A stretch of 64,000 nt of DNA from Scyliorhinus canicula (Eukaryota): NCBI RefSeq assembly GCF_902713615.1, contig NC_052152.1, positions 37,733,810-37,797,809 on the forward strand, read 5' to 3'. Positions within the stretch are counted from its first letter, which is position 1; every line of letters starts with the position of its first letter. Shown here in pieces: positions 51,878-63,985 of this stretch. The translations under genes and the position numbers were made by a program. Below the pieces are notes generated by a model that did not search any database, was not told the DNA's origin, and worked only from the letters and a program-made list of their open reading frames with translations.

Positions 51878-53998
51878 TTTCCGAAAGACGTGCTGCTAGA
51901 TGAATTAGACATTCTGAGTTCTCCCTCTGTCTACCCGAATAGGCGTTGTAGTGTGGCAACTAGGGGATTTTCACAGTAACTTCATTGCAATGTTGATGTA
52001 AGCCTTCTTCTGACACTAATAAAGATTATTATTAATAATCTAACAAATTGTGCTTTTGAACTATTCAATGAACCTGCCGCTCTCCGGAGAAGTGAATTCC
52101 ACTAGTTCACGATCCTGAGAAAGTCATCACCTGCATCTTAAAAAGGAGATCCTGTATTTTTAAACAATGTCCCTAGCTCTAGACTCTCCCAAAGGGAAAG
52201 ATCTTTTCAGCATCCACCATGTCATGTGCCCTCAGCAACGTTTTTGTTTCAATTAGATCACTTTCTATTTGGCTGAACTCCAGTGGATACAGGCCCAATC
52301 TGTCCAACCTTTCCTCATAAGGTATCCCCTCATCCAGATTTTGGTTCAGATTTCTAACATTGCAGTATTGCACACTTATAGAACTTCAAAATTTCATGTT
52401 GATTAGAAGAACACAATATAATTATAGTTATACAGAATAGATGTTTTTTAATCCAAATACAAAACCAGAAAGAGCTGTGTTGCTATTATTGCAGGCCTGA
52501 CAAACAGGAAGTCTCAGATCTATGAAAAGATAATGGATACCAGCCAGCGCGTTGGTAACTGTGTCCAGCATGAAGAGATCACTGACTTGCTGTTCACGAT
52601 TCATGGGCAGTGAGCGGTACTCAAAGATTTGCACGTATGTTGCACCAGACAGGAGTGGCCCCGTTTTCAGCATGTTGCAATGCTACTGGCACCCCTTGAA
52701 CCATACATCAGTGTGAGTTATGTTCTTAGGGACAGAAACGTAGGTTTGAGGGATAAATCTACATTCAGCTGGGGCTGAGGATGTGAAGCAAAGCTTAAGA
52801 GCCAGAATGAATGGGATACATTAGGGGAAAATCACAAGTGGAGGAGCTTGTTATTGAAGGATAATGAACTTGCTGAGATAAGGGAGTTGATATTTGAAGT
52901 TGTGAGCCGACTCATGACTGTAAACCGAATAGCCTTGAGAAACAAGGAGCATGGCCAGATGATAGGATATGAAATGTGGAAGCCGCTTGAAACTATGGCT
53001 AACACCTGCTAATTAAGCTAAGACTGCTACATACTCATGTGCCAATAGATAGCCCCAAAGTCTGTAAAATTATGTACTGGAACTATTGCAATAACAAATT
53101 TACGTTTTGTAATGGGGGCGAGCTCAAGTGAATGTAAGGGACAGCCCCCTAACAATACATATAAAAAAAAGGATGTTTTGAGCAAAACTTTGGCACTCTT
53201 CAAGGTGGTTCTCCGGAATACCTAGAGAGTGGCCCCGATCGTAATAAAGAATATTCTGAAGTACGAACGTGTTCGAGAGTACTTTCTTCCGGACTGAGAG
53301 ACGAGTAAATAAATCAGATTCACAGGGCTTCTGATGAGACATTGCATCTGTACACTTGAAATGTGCACAAATTATTCGGAGGTGGGTTCAAGCTCATGTC
53401 CACATTCAGGAAGTGAACAATTCCACTTTCAAAGCAAAACTTTAAGCGGTGGGAAAACAAAATCACCTGCTGATGAGCTCAAAGGAGCATGAATTTGGAA
53501 GCAGGTTAGCTAATATCGTGATATGGCAATGTAGAAACAGTGTTTATTTCCAATTTTTAAGTAACCACTTCCAATGCTCTACCTTTCTAATACCCCTTTC
53601 ATGCATAGAGCTTATAGGATATAGCACAGTTATTTTAAAAGAAAGAACACAACCAGAAAGAGCTCCTGCAGGTGACAGAATTCCCATAGAGTTCTACTCA
53701 GGAAAATACAATTGTCAATCAAATTAATAACTCCTCCAAAGTTAACCTTTAAGGCAAGCTTGTGGTGGCAGACTTGCCACAGAGTTGAGGTGTGGAGTTT
53801 CAGGGTACAGAAATCCTAAGCAATGGAGGATCTGAACTCTCCATATTGAGTCCTTGATCATGATTCCTGAAAATCTCTAGTCAAGAAATTTCTCGTCTAT
53901 TCACATTGTGGACCAAAGAACATTCAATCAATCTCAATACTCTTTAACAGATGGACGAGTTCAAATTGCCACGAAGTGATTGCAAACAACCAGTACAT

Positions 53999-54164
53999 TT
54001 AGATGCCATGGTAGAGGAGGTCATACTTTGGGATATTTCTCGGATCAATGGGGCTGTGCACTATCAGCTTTCCACGCATTGCTCCACGGAATATTACTTC
54101 AATTAAATCTATGAAGTCTTGCTTTGTTTTGAAACACCCAATAAACTTTGTATGATCTGGAGAC
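53999..54164 (-). CDS. TXNL4B: TXNL4B coding exon 3
   Basis: (G)[54 protein letters not shown]; acceptor tttttag; 166 nt; AATAAA on minus strand at 53543-53548. Confidence 0.95.
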
Positions 54165-55369
54165 CTAAAAAAAAAAGAGAACATAAGCACTTAATTTTGT
54201 CAGTGTTCACAATCTTACTTCCAAGAAATCCAATGTAGTTGAACAATTAAATTTATATACACAGTGTCTTTATCTTAGAAAACATCCCAAAGCACTTCAT
54301 AGTGGGGTAATCAGGTAAAAATGAGCAAGAGATATTAAAACAAGTGATCAAAAAAAAAATCATCAAAGAGCTGGGTTTTAACGAGAGCAGGTGAAAAGAT
54401 GGAGTGGTTTAGGGAAAGAATTCCTGGATAACTGAAGGCACGGCTGCCAACGTGTCGCAATGGTGAGTGCATTAAGGCTATGGACAGAAATGAAAAATTG
54501 GGGGAAAGGGGGTTACAGAGATAAGGAGCAGGAAGTTCATGAATTAATTTAAGCACAAGGATGAGAAGCTTAAATTTGTGACATGAGTATGAATGATGGG
54601 GAGCAGAGTTTTGGATCAGCAGAAGTTTAAGGAGACTGGAGGGCAAAGGGTGGAAAGCTATTCTACAGAGCATTAGATCAATCAAGTCTGGGCTGGATGA
54701 GGGCTTCAGCAGTAGATGGGGTAAGGAAGGCAAACAATGTAACAAACATGCAATGTACAAACAATCTTAGTGTGGGGTAAATTGGTGATGTTTATTGAAA
54801 AATAAGTATTGACCAGGACACTAGGGTTAACTGCCCTGCTCTTCTTCAAAATAGTGTCACGAGTTATTTTACATTCCACCTGAGCAGGCAGATAGGGTCT
54901 CGGTTTAACCTTCAGCGCTGCATTAGAGCGCCAGCCTAGATTTTTGTGCTCATGTCTCTGGGGCAGAACTTCAACCACAACCTTTGGAGTCAGAGCCAAG
55001 AGTCACTGAGACCTGGCATTTTTCAAACACAAAGCTGCAGGAAATGTGACTTTGGATTCCAGAGAGGTAATACTTTCAAGAACTTGGAGAAGAAAATAAA
55101 TTTGGAGATAGGGTAGTTTCCAAGATAGTGGTTATCATAAGAGTATTTTATTGGAAAGGCAAGTTTTGAAAAGAGCAGTACCTCAGGAGAAGAAACTATT
55201 TACAATGTCAGTTCACATGAGCACCAAGAAGAAGGTTGAGTGCTGAGCAGTGTAGTGGGCCTGGGGTCAAGATAGGAACTGGGTCATGAGTAAGATGAGC
55301 TTATACAGGTGGTAGAAGAAATGGAAGAAAAACTTAAGAAAAACATGGGATCAGGGCTGGGTTCGAAGA

Positions 55370-55868
55370 GGTCTGACTTGGTGGGCAGCTAACATAAAGG
55401 GTAATTCCAAAGTCTTCTAGAGGCACATCAATGGTAGGAATGGGATTGGGGCAGGTTAGTGATTCGAAAGGGGATTTATACATGGAGACAGGGGAATAAC
55501 TGAGGCATTAAATGAATATTTTGCATCTGTCTCGACCAAGAAAGATGCTGCATTGATCACAGTGAAAGATAAAGTAATCCAGACACTAGAAGGGTTTAAA
55601 ATCGATAAGGAGTTATTGAAAAGGTTATCTGCACTTAAAATTGATAAGGCACCAGGACCGAATGAGTTTCACCCAAGGGATACAGAGGAAGTGAGAGTGA
55701 AAATTGTGGAGGCACTGGCCATAATTTTCCAGGCTTATTTAGATTCAGGAGACTGGAGAATGTCACAGCATTGGTTAAAAAAAAGTTTAAACATAAGCCC
55801 TGCAACTAAAGGCCAGGCATAATTACTTTGGTGACCTGGAAGCTTCTCGAAGCAATAACTCGGGACCA

Positions 55869-55902
<34 letters not shown>

Positions 55903-56430
55903 CGCTTATTGTCACAAGTATGCTTCAATGAAGTTACTGTGAAAAGCCCCTAGTCACCACATTCTGGCACCTGTTTGGGGAGGCTGTTACGGTAATTGAA
56001 CCCGCGCTGCTGGCATTGTTCTTCATTACAAGCCAGCTGTTTACCCCACTGTGCTAAACCAGCCAAATTAATAATCACTGGGGCAAATGTGAGTTAATAA
56101 AGGAAAGTCAGCATGGATTTGTTAACTGGAAATCATATTTATGCAATATTCTGAAAATCTTTGATGAGGTGACAATGAGGGTTGATGAGGTTAATGCTGT
56201 TGATGTGAACATGAGGCTTCCAAAAGGCATTTGCTACAGTGCCGCACAACAGACTGGTGAGCAAATTTATAGCTCTTGGAACAAAATGGGCAGTAGCAAC
56301 ATTGCTACAAAATTGACTTTACTGACAGGAAAGTAGCGGTTAATGTGTTCTTCTTGGACTGGAGAAAGATTTGTAGTAGAGGTCCCCAGGATTTGGTGTT
56401 GGGAACCTTGCTGTTCCATATTAATGACCA
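55370..56430 (+). mobile_element. Degraded CR1 ORF2 fragment in TXNL4B intron 2
   Basis: LKIDKAPGP and EALAIIFQ motifs; antisense SINE with (TTA)n tail inserted at 55870-56064. Confidence 0.7.
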
Positions 56431-56819
56431 AGATGTTTTAGCACTGTTACCTGCGGTCCTGAGGACCCGGGTTCAATCCTGGCCCCGGGTCACTGTCCGT
56501 GTGGAGTTTGCATATTCACCCTGTGTCTGCGTGGGTTTCACCCCCACAACCCAAAGATGTGCAGGTTAGGTGGATTGGCCACGCTAAATTGCCCCTTAAT
56601 TGTAAATAAATAAATAATTAAATACTTAAATTTTTTGTTTTAAAGACCTAGATAGGGCAGCATGGTGGTGCAGTGGTCAGCACTGCTGCCTCATGGCACC
56701 GAGGTCCCAGGTTCAATCCCAGTCCTGGGTCACTGTCCGTGTGGAGTTTGCACATTCTCTACGTGTTTGCGTGGGTTTCGTCCCCACAACCCAAAAGATG
56801 TGTAGGATAGGTGGATTGA

Positions 56820-58340
56820 TCTGATTTATTGTCACATGTATTAATATAGTGAAATGTATTGTTTCTTGCATGCTGTACAAACAATTCATACCATACATAG
56901 GGAAGGAAGGAGAGACTGCAGAATATGTCACATTATACAGTAGTCCCCCTTTATAACGCGAGTGTTGGGGTCCAAGACAGCCACCCACGTTGCATCCGAG
57001 CCGCGGATATCCACGATGGGGGTTTTAAATTTATTTTAAAATCTATGCATGCGCTTCCCATTGTGAGTCTACGGGGGGCGGGGGGAGAGGTCAGACCCCC
57101 GTAGACTCACAATGGGAAGCGCATGCATAGATTTTTAAATAAATTTAAAACCCCCATCGTGGATCTAATTAAAACAAACACTGCTGCATTTTTAACAACT
57201 TAAAAGTTGGATTGGAGGGAGAGAGCAGCTGGCAGTGTCAATTTCAGCGGCCGGCTGATTGTTTCAGTGAGAGAGCAGCTTCCCTCTCCGGATCAAAGTG
57301 AGCCGGCCGCTGAAATTGACACTGCCGGCTGATTGGAGGGAGAGAGCAGCCGGCAGTGTCAATTTCAGCGGCCGGCTCACTTTGATCCGGAGAGGGAAGC
57401 TGACAGTTGGGGTCCATAAGCCCCCCCGCCGTAAATCGCGAACCGTGGCATTGCGGAGCGCGGTATAACGGGGGACTACTGTAGCAAGGTGTAGAGAAAA
57501 GATCAGCTTAATACGAGGTAGGTCCATTCAAATGTCTGATGGCAGTAGGGAAGAAGCTGTTCTTGAGTCGGTTGGTACGTGACCTCAAACTTTGGTATCT
57601 TTTTCCTGACGGAAGGAGGTGGAAGAGAGTATGTCTGTGGTGCGTGAGGTCCTTAATTATGCTGGCTGCCTTTCTGAGGCAGCGGGGATTATAGATAGAG
57701 TCAATGGACTGGGCTACATTCACGACCTTTTGTAGTTTCCTGCGGTCTTGGGCAGAGCAAGCTCCATACCAAGCTGTGATACAACCAGAAAGAATGCTTT
57801 CTATGGTGCATCTGTAGAAGTTGGTGAGGGTCGTAGCTGACATTCCAAATTTCCTTAGTCTTCTGAGAAAGTAGAGTTGTTGGTGGGCTTTCTTAACTGT
57901 AGTGTCGGCATGGGGGGGACCAGGACAGGCTGTTGGTGATCTATACACCTAAAAACTTGAAGCTCTCGCCCTTTCTACTTCGTGCCCAGGGGCATGTTCA
58001 CCACTACGCTTCCTGAAGTCGATGACAATCTCCTTAATTTTGTTTACATTGAGGGAGAGATTATTGTCGTTGCACCAGTTCACCAGATTCTCTATCTCAT
58101 TCCTATACTCTGTCTCGTCGTTTGAAATCCGACCCACTACAGTGGTGTCACCAGCAAACTTGAAAATTGAGTTGGAGGGGAATTTGGCCACACAGTCATA
58201 GGTATATAAGGGTGATAGTAGGGGGCTGAGGACACAGCCTTGTGGGGTACCGGTGTTGAGGATGATCGTGGAGGAGGTGTTGTTGCCTATCCTTATTGAT
58301 TGTGGCCTGTGGGTTAGAAAGTTCAGGATCCAGTCGCTTC
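56820..58340 (-). mobile_element. Rex1/Babar-type LINE 3' fragment
   Basis: [57 protein letters not shown]; 3' end GTGACAATAAATCA. Confidence 0.85.
56938..57481. mobile_element. Tc1/mariner-pogo type MITE with two long internal hairpins
   Basis: TA TSD; TIRs CAGTAGTCCCCC...ATAACGCG / CGCGGTATAACGGGGGACTACTG; internal inverted repeats 57009-57164 and 57276-57402. Confidence 0.88.
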
Positions 58341-59695
58341 TTCCATTTGTGATTAATGTAGGAAATTTTGAGAGTGTTATTAAAAGTCTGGGTGGGGCAG
58401 CACGGTGGTGCAGTGGTTAGCACTGCTGCCTGACAGCGCCGAGGTCCCAGATTCGATCCTGGCCCTGGGTCACTGTCCGTATGGAGTTTGCATATTCTCC
58501 CTATGTTTGCGTGAGTTTCATTCCCACAACCCAATGATGTACAGGGTAGGTAGATTGGCCACAATAAATTGTGCCTTAATAGGAAAAAAATGAATTGGGT
58601 ACTCTAAATTTAGAATTTAAAAAAGTAAAAGTCTGGGTTATGTTGCAGTAATGTGTTTAAAATCCTGGTTTAACATAGACAGGTGGTGTGTATGCGAAAG
58701 GTTCAATTAAGATGTAAAAATGAGAATCATTCATTCCAACCATGTACTTGTTTACACAGAGATGCCAATTGGAACTTTATCATTGTTGGAAATTCTTCAG
58801 AGTAGATCATTTGAGACATTGTGTTTAGACTTGGGTAAGCAGGTCATGGGATCCGAGTGGGTTAAAGGTGATGTAATTAATGGGAGGAGCCGGGTCTGTC
58901 AGTAGTTTTGCAATTTGATTGTAGGTTTGGCAGTCTACTATGAGTTTTTGAGTTGAGCAGCAGTTTTGCCAAATGCTGTCAGGTTGAGCAGGAGTCTGAC
59001 AAAGACAGAAGGATCTGCAGACTGTCCCTGAAAGGCCCTCTCTCTCTCTCCAAGCAATCTTTCCAAGACATTTCCATACAAGTGTACAAGTAGCCCTGTG
59101 TTTGCTAACTTTATTTAGAAGTGGATTTTGATCTATAATGGGCTTTGCTTAATTGGAAATAGAGAAGGTATAAGGTAGAGGTTAACGTGTTTCTCTGTTT
59201 TTATTTAGAACTGTTTAACTGTTCGTTGGAGAGCTATTTTTCTGTGACGTTAATGTGATTGATATTGTGTTAATAATAAAGTTTGTTTCAATATAGAAGG
59301 TCCTTATTTGTCAGTGGAATCACCCCTGGACTGAAGTATCCTTTCCTCACAGTTTCACAAATTGAAAAATTGCTAGGTTTTGTCTAGTTTCCGAACATAA
59401 ATTTAGGTCTGGTCCTGTACCATAACACATTACGTATCAAACAAGATATTCAACACAAGAAAGGAAATGAAATGTAATGAAAATCACTTATTGTCACAAG
59501 TAAGCTTCAAATGAAGTTACTGTGCAAAGCCCCTAGTCACCACATTCCGACACCTGTTCGGGGAGGCTGGTACGGGAATTGAACCGTGCTGGTGGCCTGC
59601 CTTAGTCTGCTTTAAAAGTCAGCTCTTGAGCTCTCCACACATATCAGATGCAACTGTATTGCACGCCGCATTTTAACTGAAGCAAAATATCTTAC

Positions 59696-59847
59696 CCATA
59701 ATCCACTTTCATATGTTGACCATTGAAGAAAAAAACAGTGGAAGGAATGTAGCTGATGTCAAAGTAGCGAGTATATATAGGCACACTGTCAAAATCCACA
59801 AGGTAAATAGCTGCCATTTTACTCAGGTCATGAGATGTTTTTGAAAG
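59696..59847 (-). CDS. TXNL4B: TXNL4B coding exon 2 (missed by the ORF track)
   Basis: LSKTSHDLSKMAAIYLVDFDSVPIYTRYFDISYIPSTVFFFNGQHMKVDY(G); acceptor ttcactag, donor GG|gtaag; 152 nt. Confidence 0.95.
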
Positions 59848-61560
59848 CTAGTGAAACAAAGATGAAAAACAAACTTGACATTGAGACCTGACTTGACATT
59901 GATTGTTTTAGTTCAGGAGGAAAACTATCGTAAACAAGTTTACAAAGGTTTAAATATTAGGAGAATACATCAGGTTGGGACAAATAATCTGAAGAAAAGC
60001 TCGAAGCATACCTTACCAGATTTAAGGAAGAAATACATTTCTGGACTCTAAAGGTGCCAAGGGGTGTGGGGAGAGTGCGGACATATGGCATTGAGATGGA
60101 GGATCAGCAGCAGCACAGTGGCGCAGTGGCTAGCACTGCTGTCTCACAGCACTGAGTAAATGGGTTCGATCCTGACCCCGGGTCACTGTCCGTGTGGAGA
60201 TTGCATATTATTCCTGTGTCTGCATGGATCTCACCCCCACAACGCAAAGATGTGGCGAGTAGGTGGATTGACCACGCTAAAATTGCCCCTTAATTGGACA
60301 AAAAGAGATAGAGGATCAGCCACGATCAGATGAAATGGTGGAGAAGGGCCAAATGATCTACTCCTGATCATATTTCCTTTGTTAAAAGTGCAAGTCAAAA
60401 TAATAGCAAACACCATTAGGTGGCCTTTTGCAGCGAATTATAGCTCAATGTTTGTCTTAACAACTTGCATTTATAAGCATTTTTATGTAGTAAAATACCC
60501 AAGGCTCTTCACTGAGTACTGTCAATCAAAATTTGACATCAAGTAACTTGGGCAATATTAGGGAGATGGCCTAAAGTTTGGTCAAAGAGGTAGGTTTTAA
60601 GAAGCATCTTACAGGAGGGCAGAGGGGTTTAGGATGGGAATGCTAGCATATAGGATTTAGGCAACTGAAGACACAGTTGCTAATGGTGAAGAGATTAAAG
60701 TCATGGATGCATAAAAGTGCCAGAAGTGGAGGAGCACATGGACCTCAAGGAATTGTAGAACTGGAAGAGGTCTCAGAAATTGGAAGTTGCAAAGTCATGG
60801 AAGGACTTGAAATTAAAAGTAAGAATTTAAATTTGAGGCTTTGCTGTAATGGGAGCCAATACATGTCAGGAAGCAGCAGGGTGATAGGTGAACGTGGCGT
60901 TTTGGATAAATTTGTGTCACAAGTCGGCTTTCATTAACACGGCAATGAAGTTACTCTGATAATCCCCTAGTGGTCACAATCCGGAAACTGTTTGGGTACA
61001 CTGATTTGAGAATTCAGAATGTCCAATTCACCTACCAAGCACGTCTTTTGGACTTGTGGGTGGAAACCAGAGCATCCAAAGCAAACCCACACAGACACAG
61101 GGACAACGTGTCTCCCGCACAGACAGTGACACAAGCCGGGGATCGAACCCGGGTCCCTGGCGCTATGAAGCAACAATGCTAACCACTGTTAGGGTATGGG
61201 TGGCAGAGTTCCGGATGAGTTTGAACATTTAATCACACCAAAACAACCCAAAGCTTCACAAATAACAAGTTTGAGATGCAGTGTCAGTTGTAAACAAACA
61301 CTAACCGCCTACAAGCAGCATTATACACAACGACCACAAGATAGTGTTATGCTGCTTTCCTCATTTTAAGGAACGGTGTCAATTTTCGTCAAAACAATCT
61401 CACTCGACAATGTCTGCAGCACTCTCCCAGTCAGAACATCACGAATCATCATTCACCGGTACATTCACCACGCCCGATTCTAGGGCTATGACGTGGACTG
61501 GGGTGGGCACAGTAAGAAGTCTTACACCACCAGGTTAAAGTCCAACAGGTTTGTTTCGAA

Positions 61561-61597
61561 TCACTAGCTTTCGGGGCGTAGCTCCTTCCTCAGGTGA
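61561..61597 (-). ncRNA. Minimal hammerhead motif in TXNL4B intron 1 (stem II has one mismatch)
   Basis: Minus strand TCAC-CTGAGGA-A-GGAGC-TAC-GCCCC-GAAA-GC-TA-GTGA. Confidence 0.55.
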
Positions 61598-61599
61598 GT

Positions 61600-62510
61600 T
61601 AAGGAGCTGCGCCCAACTCGAGGGCCGGCAGCGAGCCTACAACCTTATGCGAGGGAGTCCCGCGGACAGTGAAACCTGGTTGTTGTCAGAAGAATAACCC
61701 TCCTTCCCCCCCACACACACACACACACAGTGATGCCAGGCTGTGAAGGGTGGTCCAGTGACAGGCCTTACAATTTCATCCAGCTGCAAGCACACGGCGT
61801 CCTGGTCCCGCCCAAAGCGCAGGACCAGCACTCGCTCCGCCACCGCCTTGATAACCTGGTCAACCTCCTTCTTGGTTTGCAGCTTGGGCAGGAAGAAGCT
61901 CATTTTCTCCCCTCCAGGCGAGTTTAATGGGAGGGGAGGCAGCAAGGAACCGGATATGAACCGTCCCTATTCCGACCTCCAAATAATTCCCCACAAACAC
62001 GGGGCAAAAACAAATAGAAATAAAAAATCCTCCTGTTTTAATTCAGGATGAAATGATCCCTGGACGGTTGCCAGGTCAACGGGGGACTAATGGGCGTTAA
62101 ACGCCGGGTTTATTGTCCGTGTCTAAATCACTGAGGGGGAGGGATTGGCTAACTTGGCCAAAGTCCATCACTCGGACTGGGGGTTTCAGCTCGGACACAG
62201 GCCGCCCGGGGCTGAGCGCTTAGTCCGGGACACCGGCTGAGGCCGCGGATTGAGATCTGTCCAGTTCTGGCCGGCTTGGTGCGGGTGCCGGGTTGCCAGT
62301 TGTTGCCGGTGAGGAGGGGACGCGGCGAGCGGCGGACAGGGAATCAGAGCGATATCCGGCTCCGAGCTTGTGCCACCTTCCAACAAACTCCAATCCCTCT
62401 CCCCAACCAGGACTTCACTCATTTCTTTCACAGGTTCGCCCCGCTCTTTTTGTTCCTAATTGGGGGAAGTTGAAACGTATAAACTGCTGGGGGGGGGGGG
62501 GGGGGGGGGT
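61600..62510. promoter_or_regulatory. CpG island / TXNL4B promoter, possibly shared with a divergent + strand gene
   Basis: CpG-rich; ATTGG at ~62144, CCAAT at ~62390; X-box-like GTTGCCAGGTCAAC at ~62067. Confidence 0.7.
61772..61903 (-). CDS. TXNL4B: TXNL4B (DIM2, thioredoxin-like 4B) coding exon 1
   Basis: MSFFLPKLQTKKEVDQVIKAVAERVLVLRFGRDQDAVCLQLDEI; donor ATT|gtaagg; 132+152+166 nt = 149 aa + stop. Confidence 0.96.
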
Positions 62511-62560
62511 AAAATGGGTAAATAAGTACTCCTCCGAAATGTGCCCCTTCTGGGTAGGGT

Positions 62561-62940
62561 TGGACAGACTGGATTTGGGATGGACAGACTGGATTTGGGA
62601 TGGACAGACTGGATTTGGGATGGACAGACTGGATTTGGGATGGACAGACTGGATTTAGGATGGACAGACTGGATTTGGGATGGACAGACTGGATTTGGGA
62701 TGGACAGACTGGATTTGGAATGGACAGACTGGATTTGGGATGGACAGACTGGATTTGGGATGGACAGACTGGATTTGGGATGGACAGACTGGATTTGGAA
62801 TGGACAGACTGGATTTGGGATGGACAGACTGGATTTGGGATGGACAGACTGGATTTGGGATGGACAGACTGGATTTGGGATGGACAGACTGGATTTGGGA
62901 TAGACAGACTGGATTTGGGATGGACAGACTGGTTTTGAGA
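62561..62940. repeat. Minisatellite, 19 x 20-bp TGGACAGACTGGATTTGGGA
   Basis: Exact 20-bp periodicity with a handful of single-base variants. Confidence 0.97.
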
Positions 62941-63589
62941 TGCTGTTTCCTCTGACTGGTGGTTTCTACAACAAGGGTCTCACAGTCTCAAGATTTGGGG
63001 TAGGCCATTTCGGACTGTGATGGGGGAAGAGGCTCCTTCGCTCAGAGGGTGCTGTCAACTTGTGGAGTTCTCTACCACAGGAGGCTATTGAAGTCAAGTC
63101 ACTGAACGCATTTGAGAAGAAAATGGATAGGGCAGCACTGTAGCACCGTGGTTAGCCCTGCTGCCAACGGCGCTGAGGACCCGGGTTCGATCCCAGCCCT
63201 GGGTCACTATCCATGTGGAGTTTGCACATTCTCACTGTGTTTATGTGGGTTTCACCCCCACAGCCCAAAGATGTGCAGGTTAGGTGGATTGACCTTGCTA
63301 AATTGCCCATTAATTGGGAAAAAGTAATTTGGTACTCTTAATGTTTTAAAAAAGAAGCCATGATGTGGAGATGCCGGCATTGGACTGGGGTGAGCACAGT
63401 AAGACGTCTTACAACACCAGGTTAAAGTCCAACAGGTTTCTTTCGAATCATTAGCTTTCGAAGCACTGCTCGTTCCTCGGGAGCAGTGCTCCGAAAGCTA
63501 ATGATTCGAAACAAACCTGTTGGACTTTAACCTGGTGTTAAAAAATAAATATATGGATAGATTTCTAGACTCTATAGGAGCCAAGGAGT

Positions 63590-63985
63590 ATTGGGAGAGC
63601 ATGTTCAAGAACAACAGGGCACAGATTTAAAGTGAGTTGCAAAAAGAAGCAAATGCGAGGTGAGGAAATCTTTTTTACACAGAGTGGTTCAAGTCTGGAA
63701 TGCATTGTCTGAAACTGTGGTGGAAGCAGGTTTGATCGAGGCATTCGAGAGGGTATGAGATAATTACTTAATGTGCAGGGGTATGGGGAAAAGGCAGGGG
63801 AATGGCAGTAAGCCATGATGCTCATTTGGAGAGCTGTTGCAGATGTGATGGGCCAAATGATGACCTTCTGCGCCAATACAATTCTGTGATATGGCATTGA
63901 GATCGAGGATCAGCCACAATTATACTGAATGACAGAGCAGGATCTGAGGGTCAAATAACCGACTCCTATTTTCTATGTTTCTACA
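63590..63985 (+). mobile_element. CR1 3' remnants
   Basis: FFTQ..V..WNAL-like segment and CR1-type 3'UTR. Confidence 0.6.

Noticed and set aside
62541-62955. Repetitive WTDWIWDGQTGFGMDRLDLG ORFs / CRISPR-like periodicity
   Set aside because: Translation of a 20-bp minisatellite; there are no unique spacers, so it is not a CRISPR array
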